This document shows, piece after piece, positions 19,021 to 28,879 of a stretch of 64,000 bases of DNA (its first letter is position 1; every line of letters starts with the position of its first letter). The notes under the pieces are model-generated. The model had not been told where the DNA came from and searched no databases. It saw only the letters and a program-made list of their open reading frames with translations. This DNA is from Ignisphaera sp. GTDB taxonomy: Archaea > Thermoproteota > Thermoprotei_A > Sulfolobales > Ignisphaeraceae. The translations under genes and the position numbers were made by a program. The DNA lies in the NCBI GenBank assembly GCA_038821645.1, contig JAWBDT010000002.1:1-64000 (forward strand). The letters run 5' to 3'.

Positions 19021-19079
19021 ATTCAGTTCGTCACGGGATCCTCATCTCTTTGTCTAGGTTTGGAGCGGCTTCATCATCA
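19021..19079 (-). ncRNA. C/D-box guide sRNA
   Basis: Minus strand: C ATGATGA, guide AGCCGCTCCAAAC, degenerate D', C' ATGAGGA, guide TCCCGTGACGAA, D CTGA. Confidence 0.75.
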
Positions 19080-19160
19080 CATTAACTACTGGATACAAGG
19101 ATATTAAGCTATAAATAGGGCGTAATAATGATGTTAAAGAGTTGATGTAGAATGAATACA

Positions 19161-20282
19161 TCATCTACTGATATATTTCCATAAGTAGAGTCTCTTTGGC
19201 TCTACCTCTATTCCCAGTCTTTCTAAATTCATGTAGAGATTGAGCAAGGCTTCTTCATCGCTTTTAGCTTGTTTTGGTGGATATTTGAAGTAGAACATAG
19301 AAGCCCAATCTGGTGAACCATATACACCTTTGTCCATTAAGGCTTTAGCTAGTCTTACAGTATCTATAAGTATTGGTGTAGCCATAGCTTTATCATCTAC
19401 AACAAGCTTCAGATCCACAGTTATAGGTATCCCCATGAATGTTCTAGCCTTAATGTATATATACGATACTTTAGTGTTCCCTAGGAAAGGTATATATCCG
19501 CTAGGTCCTGCAAATAGATTGTCTAGAACTGCCTCAGGATTGTTTTGCGTTGAAGCTACAGCCATAGTCTTTGATATCTTTTTGCTTTTTAGTCTTTCAT
19601 GAGCAAGCATGTTCTTGAAATCTGTGTTCCCTCCTACATTAAGTTGGTAAGACTCTACTATTTCAGCTCCTCTCATAGCTATAAGGCTTGCAAGAGCTCT
19701 ATGGATAATTGTGGAACCTAGTTGCCCTTTTATATCATCTCCAAGTACAACAGCTCTATGTTGCTCGAATAATTTCTGGTACACAGGGTCACTTGCTATA
19801 AACTCCGGTATACAGTTTACATAAGATGTACCAGCTCTTGCTGCTACTTCAGCATAGAATCTAGAAGCTTTTGCACTTCCTACGGGTAGTAGATTTACAA
19901 GTACATCTACTCTATAGCTCTTGAGCTCATCTACTAATTCATCAGACGTGGGTTCTGGATATTCAGCAGGTTTAAAGTCATTTACCATATGCTCTGCTAC
20001 ACCATCCAGTATCTTACCCATTCTAACAATAACGTTCTTTATAGGTATATCGACCAGCTTTGGAACAATATTTGGATATGAGAATATTGCTTCTCCTAGA
20101 TCTTTTCCCACTTTTTCTTTAGATATATCGATAGCATAAACAATATCTATATCACTAGGTTTGTAGCCACCTATGGTTTCATGTATGATACCGAAGACTT
20201 CATCATGAGTTTTAGCATATTCTATTGCTTGTATAAACATAGATGCTATATTCCCTACACCTATTATTCCTACTCTAACCAT
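19161..20282 (-). CDS. ino1: myo-Inositol-1-phosphate synthase
   Basis: GVGNIAS, LPVGS, GDDIKGQLG, YQLNVGGNTDFKN and SKKISKT. ATG at 20282. Confidence 0.94.
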   Translation of the reverse strand: MVRVGIIGVGNIASMFIQAIEYAKTHDEVFGIIHETIGGYKPSDIDIVYAIDISKEKVGKDLGEAIFSYPNIVPKLVDIPIKNVIVRMGKILDGVAEHMVNDFKPAEYPEPTSDELVDELKSYRVDVLVNLLPVGSAKASRFYAEVAARAGTSYVNCIPEFIASDPVYQKLFEQHRAVVLGDDIKGQLGSTIIHRALASLIAMRGAEIVESYQLNVGGNTDFKNMLAHERLKSKKISKTMAVASTQNNPEAVLDNLFAGPSGYIPFLGNTKVSYIYIKARTFMGIPITVDLKLVVDDKAMATPILIDTVRLAKALMDKGVYGSPDWASMFYFKYPPKQAKSDEEALLNLYMNLERLGIEVEPKRLYLWKYISR

Positions 20283-20356
20283 ATTTGTACCCACAAATAT
20301 TTTCTGCAACAAATATTGTATCAAAAGATATATAAAGTTTTCTTGAGTACTTAATC

Positions 20357-20686
20357 TTGTTGAGCATAATGACTCACTCTAAAGCTTTAAGAAGACTTAT
20401 GAGAAAAATAACAATAGAGACTCTCTGGCTTTACATAGCCCGCATATTACATGACTCTGAGCCTATGAAAGCTTACGATGTTAAGAAGAAACTGCAAGAA
20501 GTTTTCAATATCAATCCTCCAACAATAACAGTATACACAGTAATCTACAGAATGAGTAAGGAGGGTCTTCTAGACACTATTAAAATCGAGGGTGAGGTAC
20601 TCTACAAGTTATCGGATAGAGGAAGAAAAGAGTTTTACGAGGCTCTAGAATTTATTAAAAAACTCGTAGATAAGTTGAAGACCTAA
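20357..20686 (+). CDS. PadR-family transcriptional regulator
   Basis: wHTH pattern 'LWLYI..IL....PM.AY.VKK.L...F.......TVY.VIYRM..EGL........YKLS..G'. Divergent from ino1. Confidence 0.82.
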   Translation: MLSIMTHSKALRRLMRKITIETLWLYIARILHDSEPMKAYDVKKKLQEVFNINPPTITVYTVIYRMSKEGLLDTIKIEGEVLYKLSDRGRKEFYEALEFIKKLVDKLKT

Positions 20687-20716
20687 ATTGATGATCTAGA
20701 CATAAGATCAGCATTA

Positions 20717-21196
20717 TTAGCTCCTTAGATATCTGCGTTTAAGTCTTGATATAAGTCCACTTGTCTTTATAGGTATAGCAATACATGAATCACTACTTCT
20801 CTCTAGATGATTTATAGTTAAAGCTAGAAGCGTATATGTGACACAGATAGCTTCGCCTCGAACTCTAATTATCGCACGTTTTTTCTCAGGCCTATATGAA
20901 ACTACATCTACGTTACATCTATACCTAAGTATAGGTCCTAGTAGTTTATTTAAGGAATGTTTTATGTGTTCTGATAAAATCTCAAAGCCATTATCTAAAC
21001 AAATGAACTTAACGAGGATGTAACGTTTAACCCTTCTATACTTTTTATGTAGAGCTATATGTAATCCTAATTCATCTAGTAAAGCCTTGATATATCCATA
21101 GAATCTAGTGCTCATTATAACAATTAATACAATAGACATTAACGATAAAATTAACGCTAGATACGCAGCTGTTGTACTACTCACCTCTATATTCAT
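20717..21196 (-). CDS. rnp2: RNase P protein Pop5/Rpp14 with an N-terminal hydrophobic helix
   Basis: KRYILVKF...AIIRV...IKTSGLISRLK pattern; directly downstream of the Rpp30-like gene. Confidence 0.75.
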   Translation of the reverse strand: MNIEVSSTTAAYLALILSLMSIVLIVIMSTRFYGYIKALLDELGLHIALHKKYRRVKRYILVKFICLDNGFEILSEHIKHSLNKLLGPILRYRCNVDVVSYRPEKKRAIIRVRGEAICVTYTLLALTINHLERSSDSCIAIPIKTSGLISRLKRRYLRS

Positions 21197-21211
21197 GGAG
21201 TATTAACACCA

Positions 21212-21853
21212 TTAAGTCTTTAACCACCTCTGTACAAGATCCATTGGATAGAACTCTAACATTAACCTACGTTCTCTTCTAGAGAAACCCATAGAATACA
21301 AAACAAGGTCTATATGATTAACTAAAATGGCTTTCCTAATGTTCGGACTAGAAGCTGAAGGAATTACAGCTACATCGTTCTTTAGTGCTCTTTCGATTAC
21401 TGTACCCAAATAGTAGAACTCCTTCTCTACATCAATATTTTGGTAATTTACTAAATGTGTAAGGAATTGATATAGATGTATCTCTAGATATCTAGGTGTG
21501 GGAGTTTGAGCCATAACATTTATCTGAGACTCATCAATAAATTTAAGACTAGTTGGAGTTAAAACTATTGTTACTGTTGCACCCAATTTAGCCAATTTTC
21601 TAGCTGATATAGTATCACTAGGTATACAACCATTCAATAAATATCTTGATTTTTTCAAACAAGTATCTATAGTATCTTCAGATACTTGATGTATAGCTCG
21701 TGGAACTATAGCTATAGCTGCTCTTGCGCTATTTAATGCATCTACACATTTCTTTAGAAGCTCTGAATCAAATCCAAACATTATCGCGCTATCTATCTCT
21801 ACATGTTTAATCATGTCTCGACATTCACTATAGGCTAGATACAAGTTAAACAC
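21212..21853 (-). CDS. RNase P subunit Rpp30-like protein (divergent)
   Basis: TIM-barrel-sized protein with 'IDESQIN...LEI...SASS' segments, lying between the DUF54 gene and pop5 as in the conserved archaeal superoperon. Confidence 0.6.
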   Translation of the reverse strand: MFNLYLAYSECRDMIKHVEIDSAIMFGFDSELLKKCVDALNSARAAIAIVPRAIHQVSEDTIDTCLKKSRYLLNGCIPSDTISARKLAKLGATVTIVLTPTSLKFIDESQINVMAQTPTPRYLEIHLYQFLTHLVNYQNIDVEKEFYYLGTVIERALKNDVAVIPSASSPNIRKAILVNHIDLVLYSMGFSRRERRLMLEFYPMDLVQRWLKT

Positions 21854-21855
21854 TT

Positions 21856-22320
21856 CTATACACCATCTCTAATCAGATTCTCTAGAAGGTTTCGGACTGC
21901 ATTCAACGATTTTTCAATTGAAAATGAGATAGAAACTCTGATAGCATCATCGCCATCGTATATAGCTATATTACCCATATATGCTTCCTGCTTACCCAAT
22001 CTTATGAAGAGTTCATTAGATTTTTTGTCGTAACGTATATCAATTGTATTAATGATCAAATTCTTATCTGTTTCTCTCAACATTTTCAGTAGATATTTTA
22101 GCGCCTCTACAGCTTCATCTCCTTCTAGAACTATCTTGAATCTGATTATAGGATTACCGTGGTAACCATATAATGTCTCCTGTCCTACACTAATCCTATC
22201 TCTCAAGTTCGGAGGAAGTATGTTAAGTAACGCTTGCTTAACTTTCTCTACATCTTCTGTTGCATGGCAGTGTGTCGTTATGGTAATTCGTGAAATAGCT
22301 ATTTTGCGCATATTAATCAT
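21856..22320 (-). CDS. DUF54 RNA-binding protein
   Basis: Motifs HATEDVEKV, GYHGNPI, LFIRL.KQ.A and DD.I.V. Confidence 0.9.
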   Translation of the reverse strand: MINMRKIAISRITITTHCHATEDVEKVKQALLNILPPNLRDRISVGQETLYGYHGNPIIRFKIVLEGDEAVEALKYLLKMLRETDKNLIINTIDIRYDKKSNELFIRLGKQEAYMGNIAIYDGDDAIRVSISFSIEKSLNAVRNLLENLIRDGV

Positions 22321-23553
22321 CTACACAGAGGCCACGATCTTTACTACAGAATTATCTTGTAGTATGTAGTCTTTTCCTAACTTTTGTTTTGTTCGAGCAT
22401 CTATAGCGTATAGGAAATGCTTTCCTAAGTCGCTATGAACCATGTATGCTAGATCTAACGTTGTTGTACCATGTGGTACTAGGTATGCATCTGGCAATAT
22501 ATTGCCCTTGCTATCAGTAAATTTGTTGTGATCTTCAACTGGATATACAACAATCATGTTCAAAGCTGTAAATACGGTTTCATTTAGAGTTCTTTGCACA
22601 CCTGTACTTCCATAGAGATCCATTATCTCCTTGATTATTTCTAGAGCCTTTATCTCTTGTTGAGTGAGGCTATTCTTATCAACAATTCTGAATTCACGAT
22701 CCCCTGGTAGATAGTCTATAGAACCCTTAGCTGTTGCTTTTCTTAATATGAGTTCACCTAGGGCTGTAACAGGTATTATCAATCTATTAGGTAATCGCTT
22801 AACAACGCTCTTAAGTATATCTCTTGCCTCAGGTATATCTATTTTATTTGCAGCTATAACTATAGGTTTGGCTTCTAGACGTAGCTCATGTATAAACATT
22901 CTTAATTCTTCTTCTCTCCAGCTGGAAGGCTTAACAGAATCTAACTTAGTTTTCGTTAACGTTTTTGCAACATGATCTCTCTTTATGGATAAACCTGTAA
23001 GCCTTTGTGTTAATGCATCTATAATCTGTCCTATATTCATGTTGTCTAAAGATCTAGCAAATCTTGACCAATCTCTCGAAATTATGCCATACATCCATTC
23101 CTCATATTCAAGTTCTATTGAGATTATATCTTCATAGGGATCTCTATAACCAGGTTTGACGGGTCTTCCATCCTCATCTGTAGAACCAGAGATATCAACG
23201 ACATGTATTAATGAGTCAACCTGTCTAATAGCATCAAGAAACTTATTGCCTAATCCACGCCCTTTTGAAGCATCTTTGACAAGACCAGGTATATCGACTA
23301 GGGTTATGGGTATGAATCTTTCTCCCTTTATACATAAAGATGATATTGGCGTACATTTAGGTAAGCCCAGCTCTTGATGAATACACCTCTTTCTAAGGTA
23401 TGCTATACCGCTACGGGGATCTAATGTAACAAATGGTCTATTTTCTATAGGGACAGGTATAAGTGTAGCTGCGGAAAAGAATGTAGATTTACCAACATTC
23501 GTTTTTCCCAGTAGTCCTATTGAGACTTTGGGCATCACTATATCTAGCACCAC
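22321..23553 (-). CDS. ychF: YchF/Obg-family GTPase/ATPase with TGS domain
   Basis: GKTNVGKSTFF, PFVT, DIPGLV..A..GRGLGNKFL, NKID and a C-terminal TGS domain. Confidence 0.93.
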   Translation of the reverse strand: MVLDIVMPKVSIGLLGKTNVGKSTFFSAATLIPVPIENRPFVTLDPRSGIAYLRKRCIHQELGLPKCTPISSLCIKGERFIPITLVDIPGLVKDASKGRGLGNKFLDAIRQVDSLIHVVDISGSTDEDGRPVKPGYRDPYEDIISIELEYEEWMYGIISRDWSRFARSLDNMNIGQIIDALTQRLTGLSIKRDHVAKTLTKTKLDSVKPSSWREEELRMFIHELRLEAKPIVIAANKIDIPEARDILKSVVKRLPNRLIIPVTALGELILRKATAKGSIDYLPGDREFRIVDKNSLTQQEIKALEIIKEIMDLYGSTGVQRTLNETVFTALNMIVVYPVEDHNKFTDSKGNILPDAYLVPHGTTTLDLAYMVHSDLGKHFLYAIDARTKQKLGKDYILQDNSVVKIVASV

Positions 23554-23618
23554 ATATCTACAGTTTCATCACAGCTTAAAACTTATTACATGCTTACTTT
23601 AGTCTAAGCATCTGTAGG

Positions 23619-24296
23619 GTGAAGCTAGTGGCAAAATCTATGTATCACTACATAGCTACGTTATGGAGAAAACACGACGAAGAATACGAAAAACTGATGA
23701 AAAGTAGGCTTATCGAATGGCGTAGAGAACCATCAATAGTAAGAATCGAGAAACCTACAAGACTAGATAGAGCTAGAAGACTAGGCTATAAAGCTAAACC
23801 TGGATTCATAGTAGTAAGAGTAAGAGTAAGAAAAGGTGGTCTCAGAAAGCCTAGACCTAGATCTGGTAGAAGACCTAAGAGAATGGGTATATATGGTCAT
23901 ACACCTAAAAAGAGTCTAAGACTCATTGCAGAAGAAAGAGCTGCTCGTAAATATAGAAATCTTGAGGTTTTGAATAGTTATTATGTAGGTGAAGACGGTC
24001 TATACAAATATTATGAAGTCATATTGGTAGATTCACATCATCCAGCAATACTTAGTGATCCAGATATAAACTGGATAGTTAATTCAAGTCAAAGAGGTAG
24101 AGTATTCAGAGGAAAAACGTCAGCTGGTAGAAAGATGAGAGGCTTAATAAGATCCCGAGGTATTAGAGGAACCCATAAATACAAATGGAAGAAGAAGCAG
24201 AAAGAAAGAATACTTAAGAGAAGACATGAAGCTAGCCGTGGTGCAAGACTCATTGCTCCTAAAGAGGTATATGAAGAGCTAGGAATAGAGAAGTAA
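23619..24296 (+). CDS. rpl15e: 50S ribosomal protein L15e
   Basis: [27 protein letters not shown] and RVFRG.TSAG. Confidence 0.97.
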   Translation: MKLVAKSMYHYIATLWRKHDEEYEKLMKSRLIEWRREPSIVRIEKPTRLDRARRLGYKAKPGFIVVRVRVRKGGLRKPRPRSGRRPKRMGIYGHTPKKSLRLIAEERAARKYRNLEVLNSYYVGEDGLYKYYEVILVDSHHPAILSDPDINWIVNSSQRGRVFRGKTSAGRKMRGLIRSRGIRGTHKYKWKKKQKERILKRRHEASRGARLIAPKEVYEELGIEK

Positions 24297-24335
24297 CTTT
24301 ATTTCAGCTAACAAATTTCAACTAACTTTACTACG

Positions 24336-25478
24336 TTATCGCTCCAATGGATCTATGTATAGAAATAGTGGTACATTTTGTGGCGAGAATCGAGCTACAG
24401 CTTCACCTTGATTACATAATGTCAAGGCCTTTTCAATAGATTTGTTAGAAAGATTAAGATATCGTCTAAGTCTTTGCCAATATGCTATTGAGCTTGATGC
24501 CATGGATATAAGTCCTCCGCAACTGTTAACGATAGTATCAGAATAAGGATAAAGATCATCTACTCCTTGTGTAGCCATAAGGATGGATAAACCAAAACTT
24601 CTACTGTATCTTGTCAATATCATGATAAAATCTTCAGCTAAGTATGGTAAAGCATGCCAAAGTTCATCAATAACCATAACGATTTTAGGGGTTGTAATCA
24701 AGCTATAGCCTAGTTTCTCTAAAATAAATCTTGTTGTATATAGAATGACTGTAGCACTATCGGCTTTATTTCTAAGGAAGAGAGACTTTAAGTTAATTAC
24801 ATAAGCTTTTTCACTATCTTGTATAGCTAGTGGATGCTCATTAGCATCAAGGTATACATTAAATAATTTCATAACCGTTTGTAAAGCTTCATCGACATTT
24901 CTATCTAGCAATATTTCATCACCAATTGCTAAACTATCATTAACGTCACTACACTTAACACATGCTTCCAGAAGAATATTCTGAAGAACTCTCTGTTTTG
25001 TTGGATGTAGAGAAAACACCTTAGCAAGTACATCAACAACGATATTCACAGACTCTAATTTCTGGTGCTTATCATCATGACAGAAACAAAGGGGTAACGG
25101 TGTTTTAATGGGATCTAGTACGAAGATGTCTTTGTAATTATATAAGGTTAGAATATCTACGTATTCATTTTTTACATCCATAAATATTGTGCACCCTGCA
25201 TAATGGTTCTTAAGCCTGTTAGCTATAGCTGCTAAAGTTAATGTTTTTCCACTACCTGTAGGTCCTATAACAAGAACATGAGGCGAGAAAGATTTAGATA
25301 TATCCCAATATACGTTGTTACCTGAGGCAATATCTATACCCACATATATTCCACTACGATTATTTTTATTATGCATTATCAGTGTTAAAGGTATAGAGAG
25401 AGTATCGAGAAGAATAACTTTCCTACGTGACCTATGGTGAACGAAAATTGAGGAAAAGCTCAGCATAATGAGTTTCAA
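24336..25478 (-). CDS. HerA/VirB4-like P-loop ATPase (DUF87)
   Basis: PHVLVIGPTGSGKT, D.K.EY, VIDELW, RYSRSFG and ATQ motifs. Confidence 0.8.
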   Translation of the reverse strand: MKLIMLSFSSIFVHHRSRRKVILLDTLSIPLTLIMHNKNNRSGIYVGIDIASGNNVYWDISKSFSPHVLVIGPTGSGKTLTLAAIANRLKNHYAGCTIFMDVKNEYVDILTLYNYKDIFVLDPIKTPLPLCFCHDDKHQKLESVNIVVDVLAKVFSLHPTKQRVLQNILLEACVKCSDVNDSLAIGDEILLDRNVDEALQTVMKLFNVYLDANEHPLAIQDSEKAYVINLKSLFLRNKADSATVILYTTRFILEKLGYSLITTPKIVMVIDELWHALPYLAEDFIMILTRYSRSFGLSILMATQGVDDLYPYSDTIVNSCGGLISMASSSIAYWQRLRRYLNLSNKSIEKALTLCNQGEAVARFSPQNVPLFLYIDPLER

Positions 25479-26007
25479 GTACAGGTTCTAGATCTATATC
25501 AAGAATATTTTTTGCTTTATAGACCACTTTACTGATATCATCTGAATCAACTCTATTGCTACATAACATAGCAATAATATTCAAGCTTTTTACAGGTTTT
25601 ATACCCATTAAAACACGCTTTCTAATGTCGAGTAACTTCTCGATATAGCTACGCAATCTAGTATTAGCTTTATCAAGTTCAAGTTCTACAAGCTTCATTT
25701 GTATCATGTGATTTAGTTTAGAGAGGTATTTATTGACATCTACAGGTTGAATGTCTGTATAGAAAATTGTTTGACAGAGTTCCATATTAAATACATCAAG
25801 AAGTCTCTTTAAATGATATACATAGTCTAGATAAGTTAACTCATGTATATTGATAGACCAGTCCTTGATTCTATATAATGCGACAAAGTATTCATTACAT
25901 CTGAAGATCCCAGGTTTGATGTTTCTACAACTTGTTCTATCACTTCGACAACCTGCAATTAAATTTAATCCTTTTTTTAGCATATCTTTAATCATGATGA
26001 AGTACAT
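25432..26007 (-). CDS. Hypothetical coiled-coil protein, possibly the N-terminal part of the adjacent ATPase
   Basis: 191-aa ORF overlapping both neighbours, with a helical hairpin 'YLSKLNHMIQMKLVELELDKANTRLRSYIEKLLDIRKRV'. Confidence 0.65.
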   Translation of the reverse strand: MYFIMIKDMLKKGLNLIAGCRSDRTSCRNIKPGIFRCNEYFVALYRIKDWSINIHELTYLDYVYHLKRLLDVFNMELCQTIFYTDIQPVDVNKYLSKLNHMIQMKLVELELDKANTRLRSYIEKLLDIRKRVLMGIKPVKSLNIIAMLCSNRVDSDDISKVVYKAKNILDIDLEPVLETHYAELFLNFRSP

Positions 26008-28483
26008 TGTGACGTAATTTGTAATCGTTTCTAATCCCTAGTATCTTAGATAGTTTTAAAGCGTTAGTGTAAGCTCTTCTAACTACATCACGCAGATTGA
26101 TAGAGATTATGTACTTGTTTATCCTGCCAATCGATTCATATGCTACTAGTTGAAGAACATCAGATCCCACAAGTTCGTGTAAATCTATATCTATTTTGAG
26201 GTTCTTCTTTGTACTTGGCTGTATATATTCCACCACACCTTTACTAGTAACAATGGTTACTCCTATGTTTTTGCAATGGTTAATGATGTCTAACTCTAGA
26301 CAAAGTTTGTTATTTAGAGTGAGTTTAGGGTTCACTAGATCGATACATTTTTTAGGTATCGATATGTGGGGTACACCATACATGTACTTTACGTAAATCT
26401 TATTGCTATAATCCTCTATACTGTTTCTAAACTCAAGTACTTTAGATGGAGGTATAATAATGTGTCTCCGTGTACCATTGATCTCGAACTCTATATCAAA
26501 ATACAATATTTTTTCACAAGAGGTGAGATCGATACAATTATTTCCTTTTTGTTCTAGTAGAGTATTAGTACACGCTACTGAAAGTCTCACGAGATCTGGT
26601 ATGTGTTTGAATTTGTTAAAGTTCTCTAGGATGCATAGAAGGTTGTTTTCAATTTTTAGAAAGTTAGTTAAATCAATGATCTCTATGTTTGTTCCATCTA
26701 CTGCAAACCCGAAGTCTATATCTCTACCTTTACTAGATAGAAAAACGGTATATCCTTCCTTTAAGAGTCTAATAAACTCCCTAAAGTTACTTACATCATA
26801 ACCTATCCTTCTTTCTATATACTCTGTTTCCCACAATATAGTCAAAAAATTCAGATTATCTACATTGTTAGCTTCTATGGGTATCACATATTCATCAATA
26901 ATCAATAATTTATATACTTTAGGAATAGATTGAACGTATAATGAGTTACTTTGTCTAGCATTATTTAAATAATTACCGGTATAGGATTTACATAGTATAT
27001 GAATACAATTCTCAATATTCTCGGCATCAGCTATGACACTAAGTGCATCTATCTTATGAAATTCTGTGGATGATGCAAAATTTCTATTGAGTAGAATTGA
27101 TGTGACATATCCTCGCATATATATAGACTTACCGTAGCTTTTACGCAGAACTGAGCTCTTCATATTGTAGTTTAAAGCTATGTTTTCAGCTTTGTCAATA
27201 ATAATCCTTCCCAATATATCAACACATACGATATTCTTATCAGTAAGAGATTTACACTTAACAAAGTATCTAGGTATAGACGATAGTTTTTCTAGATATA
27301 TACCGTTGTGACTTAGATCTACACTATATACATCAATACAATTCTTTTTAAACAACAACAAAATAGTATCCGCTAGAGTAGCAGAATAAATATTTTCAGC
27401 ATTCAGCCTTAAGTAGACAAAATTATCTGTAAAATTAAATATATAGACAAGACCTTCATAAACTACCAAAGCGCTATTTAGGCTTTCGTTTACATCAAGA
27501 TCCTTTAACTTATTGAAAGCTATTCTCGTTACCTTTCTTAGAATATTCTTCTCGATATCGTATAAAGCCATGATATTTCCATTCAATATACCTAAGATAT
27601 TGTTATTATTTAACAATGATAAAGGCTTAAATCTATGTATAACACTCATTAATGACATCGATTTTAGATCATACACATAACTTCTTTCACCATTTATTTC
27701 TATAGATCCAACATTATTAATAATGTATCCACGAACATCTTTGATATTTTCATAATCATGGAAGGAGTCTAGTCTTAAACTTGTTCCATAAATTTTATTA
27801 CTAATAAATATTTCTGACAAAGAAGAATCATAGACACATAAAGAAGTTTTATGAAAATTATTACTGTGATAAAGTTTAATGCACTGATTACGTGGCTCAA
27901 AATAGATACTGTCTTCAGTTACGTTAAGTTTGTATACAGTTCCATTATTCGAGATGTAAATAGCATGAGTAGTCAAAGGATGTACATAACGTATATCTAT
28001 GTCTATATTATCTACATTAGTAATATGTATTCCTTTATCGATTGATGCTCTAACGACTTTTACAGACTTGCCGGTAGTTACGTCCATTATTAAAGCTGAT
28101 GATCTGTCTAGTACTACTGCTTTACAGTTGTTACATGGTATTTTGTGATAAGGATTGGAAGAGTAATCTAATACTATAGAGTACAATGTTATATAGCCAT
28201 GGGGTTCTGCGACAATAAAGGGAGCTAATGAGATATCTATTTCCTTGTTATATTTGTCGTATAGTAGTGGAGGATGGAGATGCAGGGTATCGCTTCTCAG
28301 TTCTAAGAGTACATATCGACCAGTTTTGTATAGTTTGATATTTAGGTTTTGAGGATCTATTAGTTTTTTCTTGAAGTCTATAACTATGGGCAATGTAGGC
28401 ATGGAGCCCTTCCGAAATAGACACCGATTTATATAATGTTGAGTCAATTCTTTTATTTGTAGTTTATCTAAAATAGTTCTCAA
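25988..28483 (-). CDS. Large beta-rich hypothetical protein (possible beta-propeller)
   Basis: 831-aa ORF with recurring short strands ending in YD/LYD/VYS. No recognisable catalytic motif. Confidence 0.6.
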   Translation of the reverse strand: MRTILDKLQIKELTQHYINRCLFRKGSMPTLPIVIDFKKKLIDPQNLNIKLYKTGRYVLLELRSDTLHLHPPLLYDKYNKEIDISLAPFIVAEPHGYITLYSIVLDYSSNPYHKIPCNNCKAVVLDRSSALIMDVTTGKSVKVVRASIDKGIHITNVDNIDIDIRYVHPLTTHAIYISNNGTVYKLNVTEDSIYFEPRNQCIKLYHSNNFHKTSLCVYDSSLSEIFISNKIYGTSLRLDSFHDYENIKDVRGYIINNVGSIEINGERSYVYDLKSMSLMSVIHRFKPLSLLNNNNILGILNGNIMALYDIEKNILRKVTRIAFNKLKDLDVNESLNSALVVYEGLVYIFNFTDNFVYLRLNAENIYSATLADTILLLFKKNCIDVYSVDLSHNGIYLEKLSSIPRYFVKCKSLTDKNIVCVDILGRIIIDKAENIALNYNMKSSVLRKSYGKSIYMRGYVTSILLNRNFASSTEFHKIDALSVIADAENIENCIHILCKSYTGNYLNNARQSNSLYVQSIPKVYKLLIIDEYVIPIEANNVDNLNFLTILWETEYIERRIGYDVSNFREFIRLLKEGYTVFLSSKGRDIDFGFAVDGTNIEIIDLTNFLKIENNLLCILENFNKFKHIPDLVRLSVACTNTLLEQKGNNCIDLTSCEKILYFDIEFEINGTRRHIIIPPSKVLEFRNSIEDYSNKIYVKYMYGVPHISIPKKCIDLVNPKLTLNNKLCLELDIINHCKNIGVTIVTSKGVVEYIQPSTKKNLKIDIDLHELVGSDVLQLVAYESIGRINKYIISINLRDVVRRAYTNALKLSKILGIRNDYKLRHNVLHHD

Positions 28484-28498
28484 AGGTGTTAGAAAACA

Positions 28499-28840
28499 TT
28501 GGTGAAATCCTTGGATGCTCGTGAGAAACTACTTAAGATACTTATTTCATTGAAAGACAGAATAGCCTCTCCTAGTGATATAATAGCTGCAACAGGTTTG
28601 CCAAGATATGAGGTGTTAGCAGCATTCCATATACTTGAGGCTTTAAATATTGTTGAACTAGTCTATATCAGAGGGAATTATAAGCTCTACAAACTGTCTA
28701 GTGAAGGAGAGAAGTTGATTAAGGTTCTAGAAAAAAGTGAAAGGTATAGTATTGAGGTGAAGCCTGTTGATGGAGGAAACAATGAAGAGATACTAGAAAT
28801 AGAACAAAAGAACACTAACATCGTTGAAGCCATGTCTTGA
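28499..28840 (+). CDS. Winged-helix DNA-binding protein
   Basis: 'ASPSDII..TGLPRYEVLA.FHILE..NIV.......YKLY.LS..G' wHTH pattern. Confidence 0.75.
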   Translation: MVKSLDAREKLLKILISLKDRIASPSDIIAATGLPRYEVLAAFHILEALNIVELVYIRGNYKLYKLSSEGEKLIKVLEKSERYSIEVKPVDGGNNEEILEIEQKNTNIVEAMS

Positions 28841-28879
28841 CATGGAACAAAACTTTTACTCGCGATAATTATTTAATGG

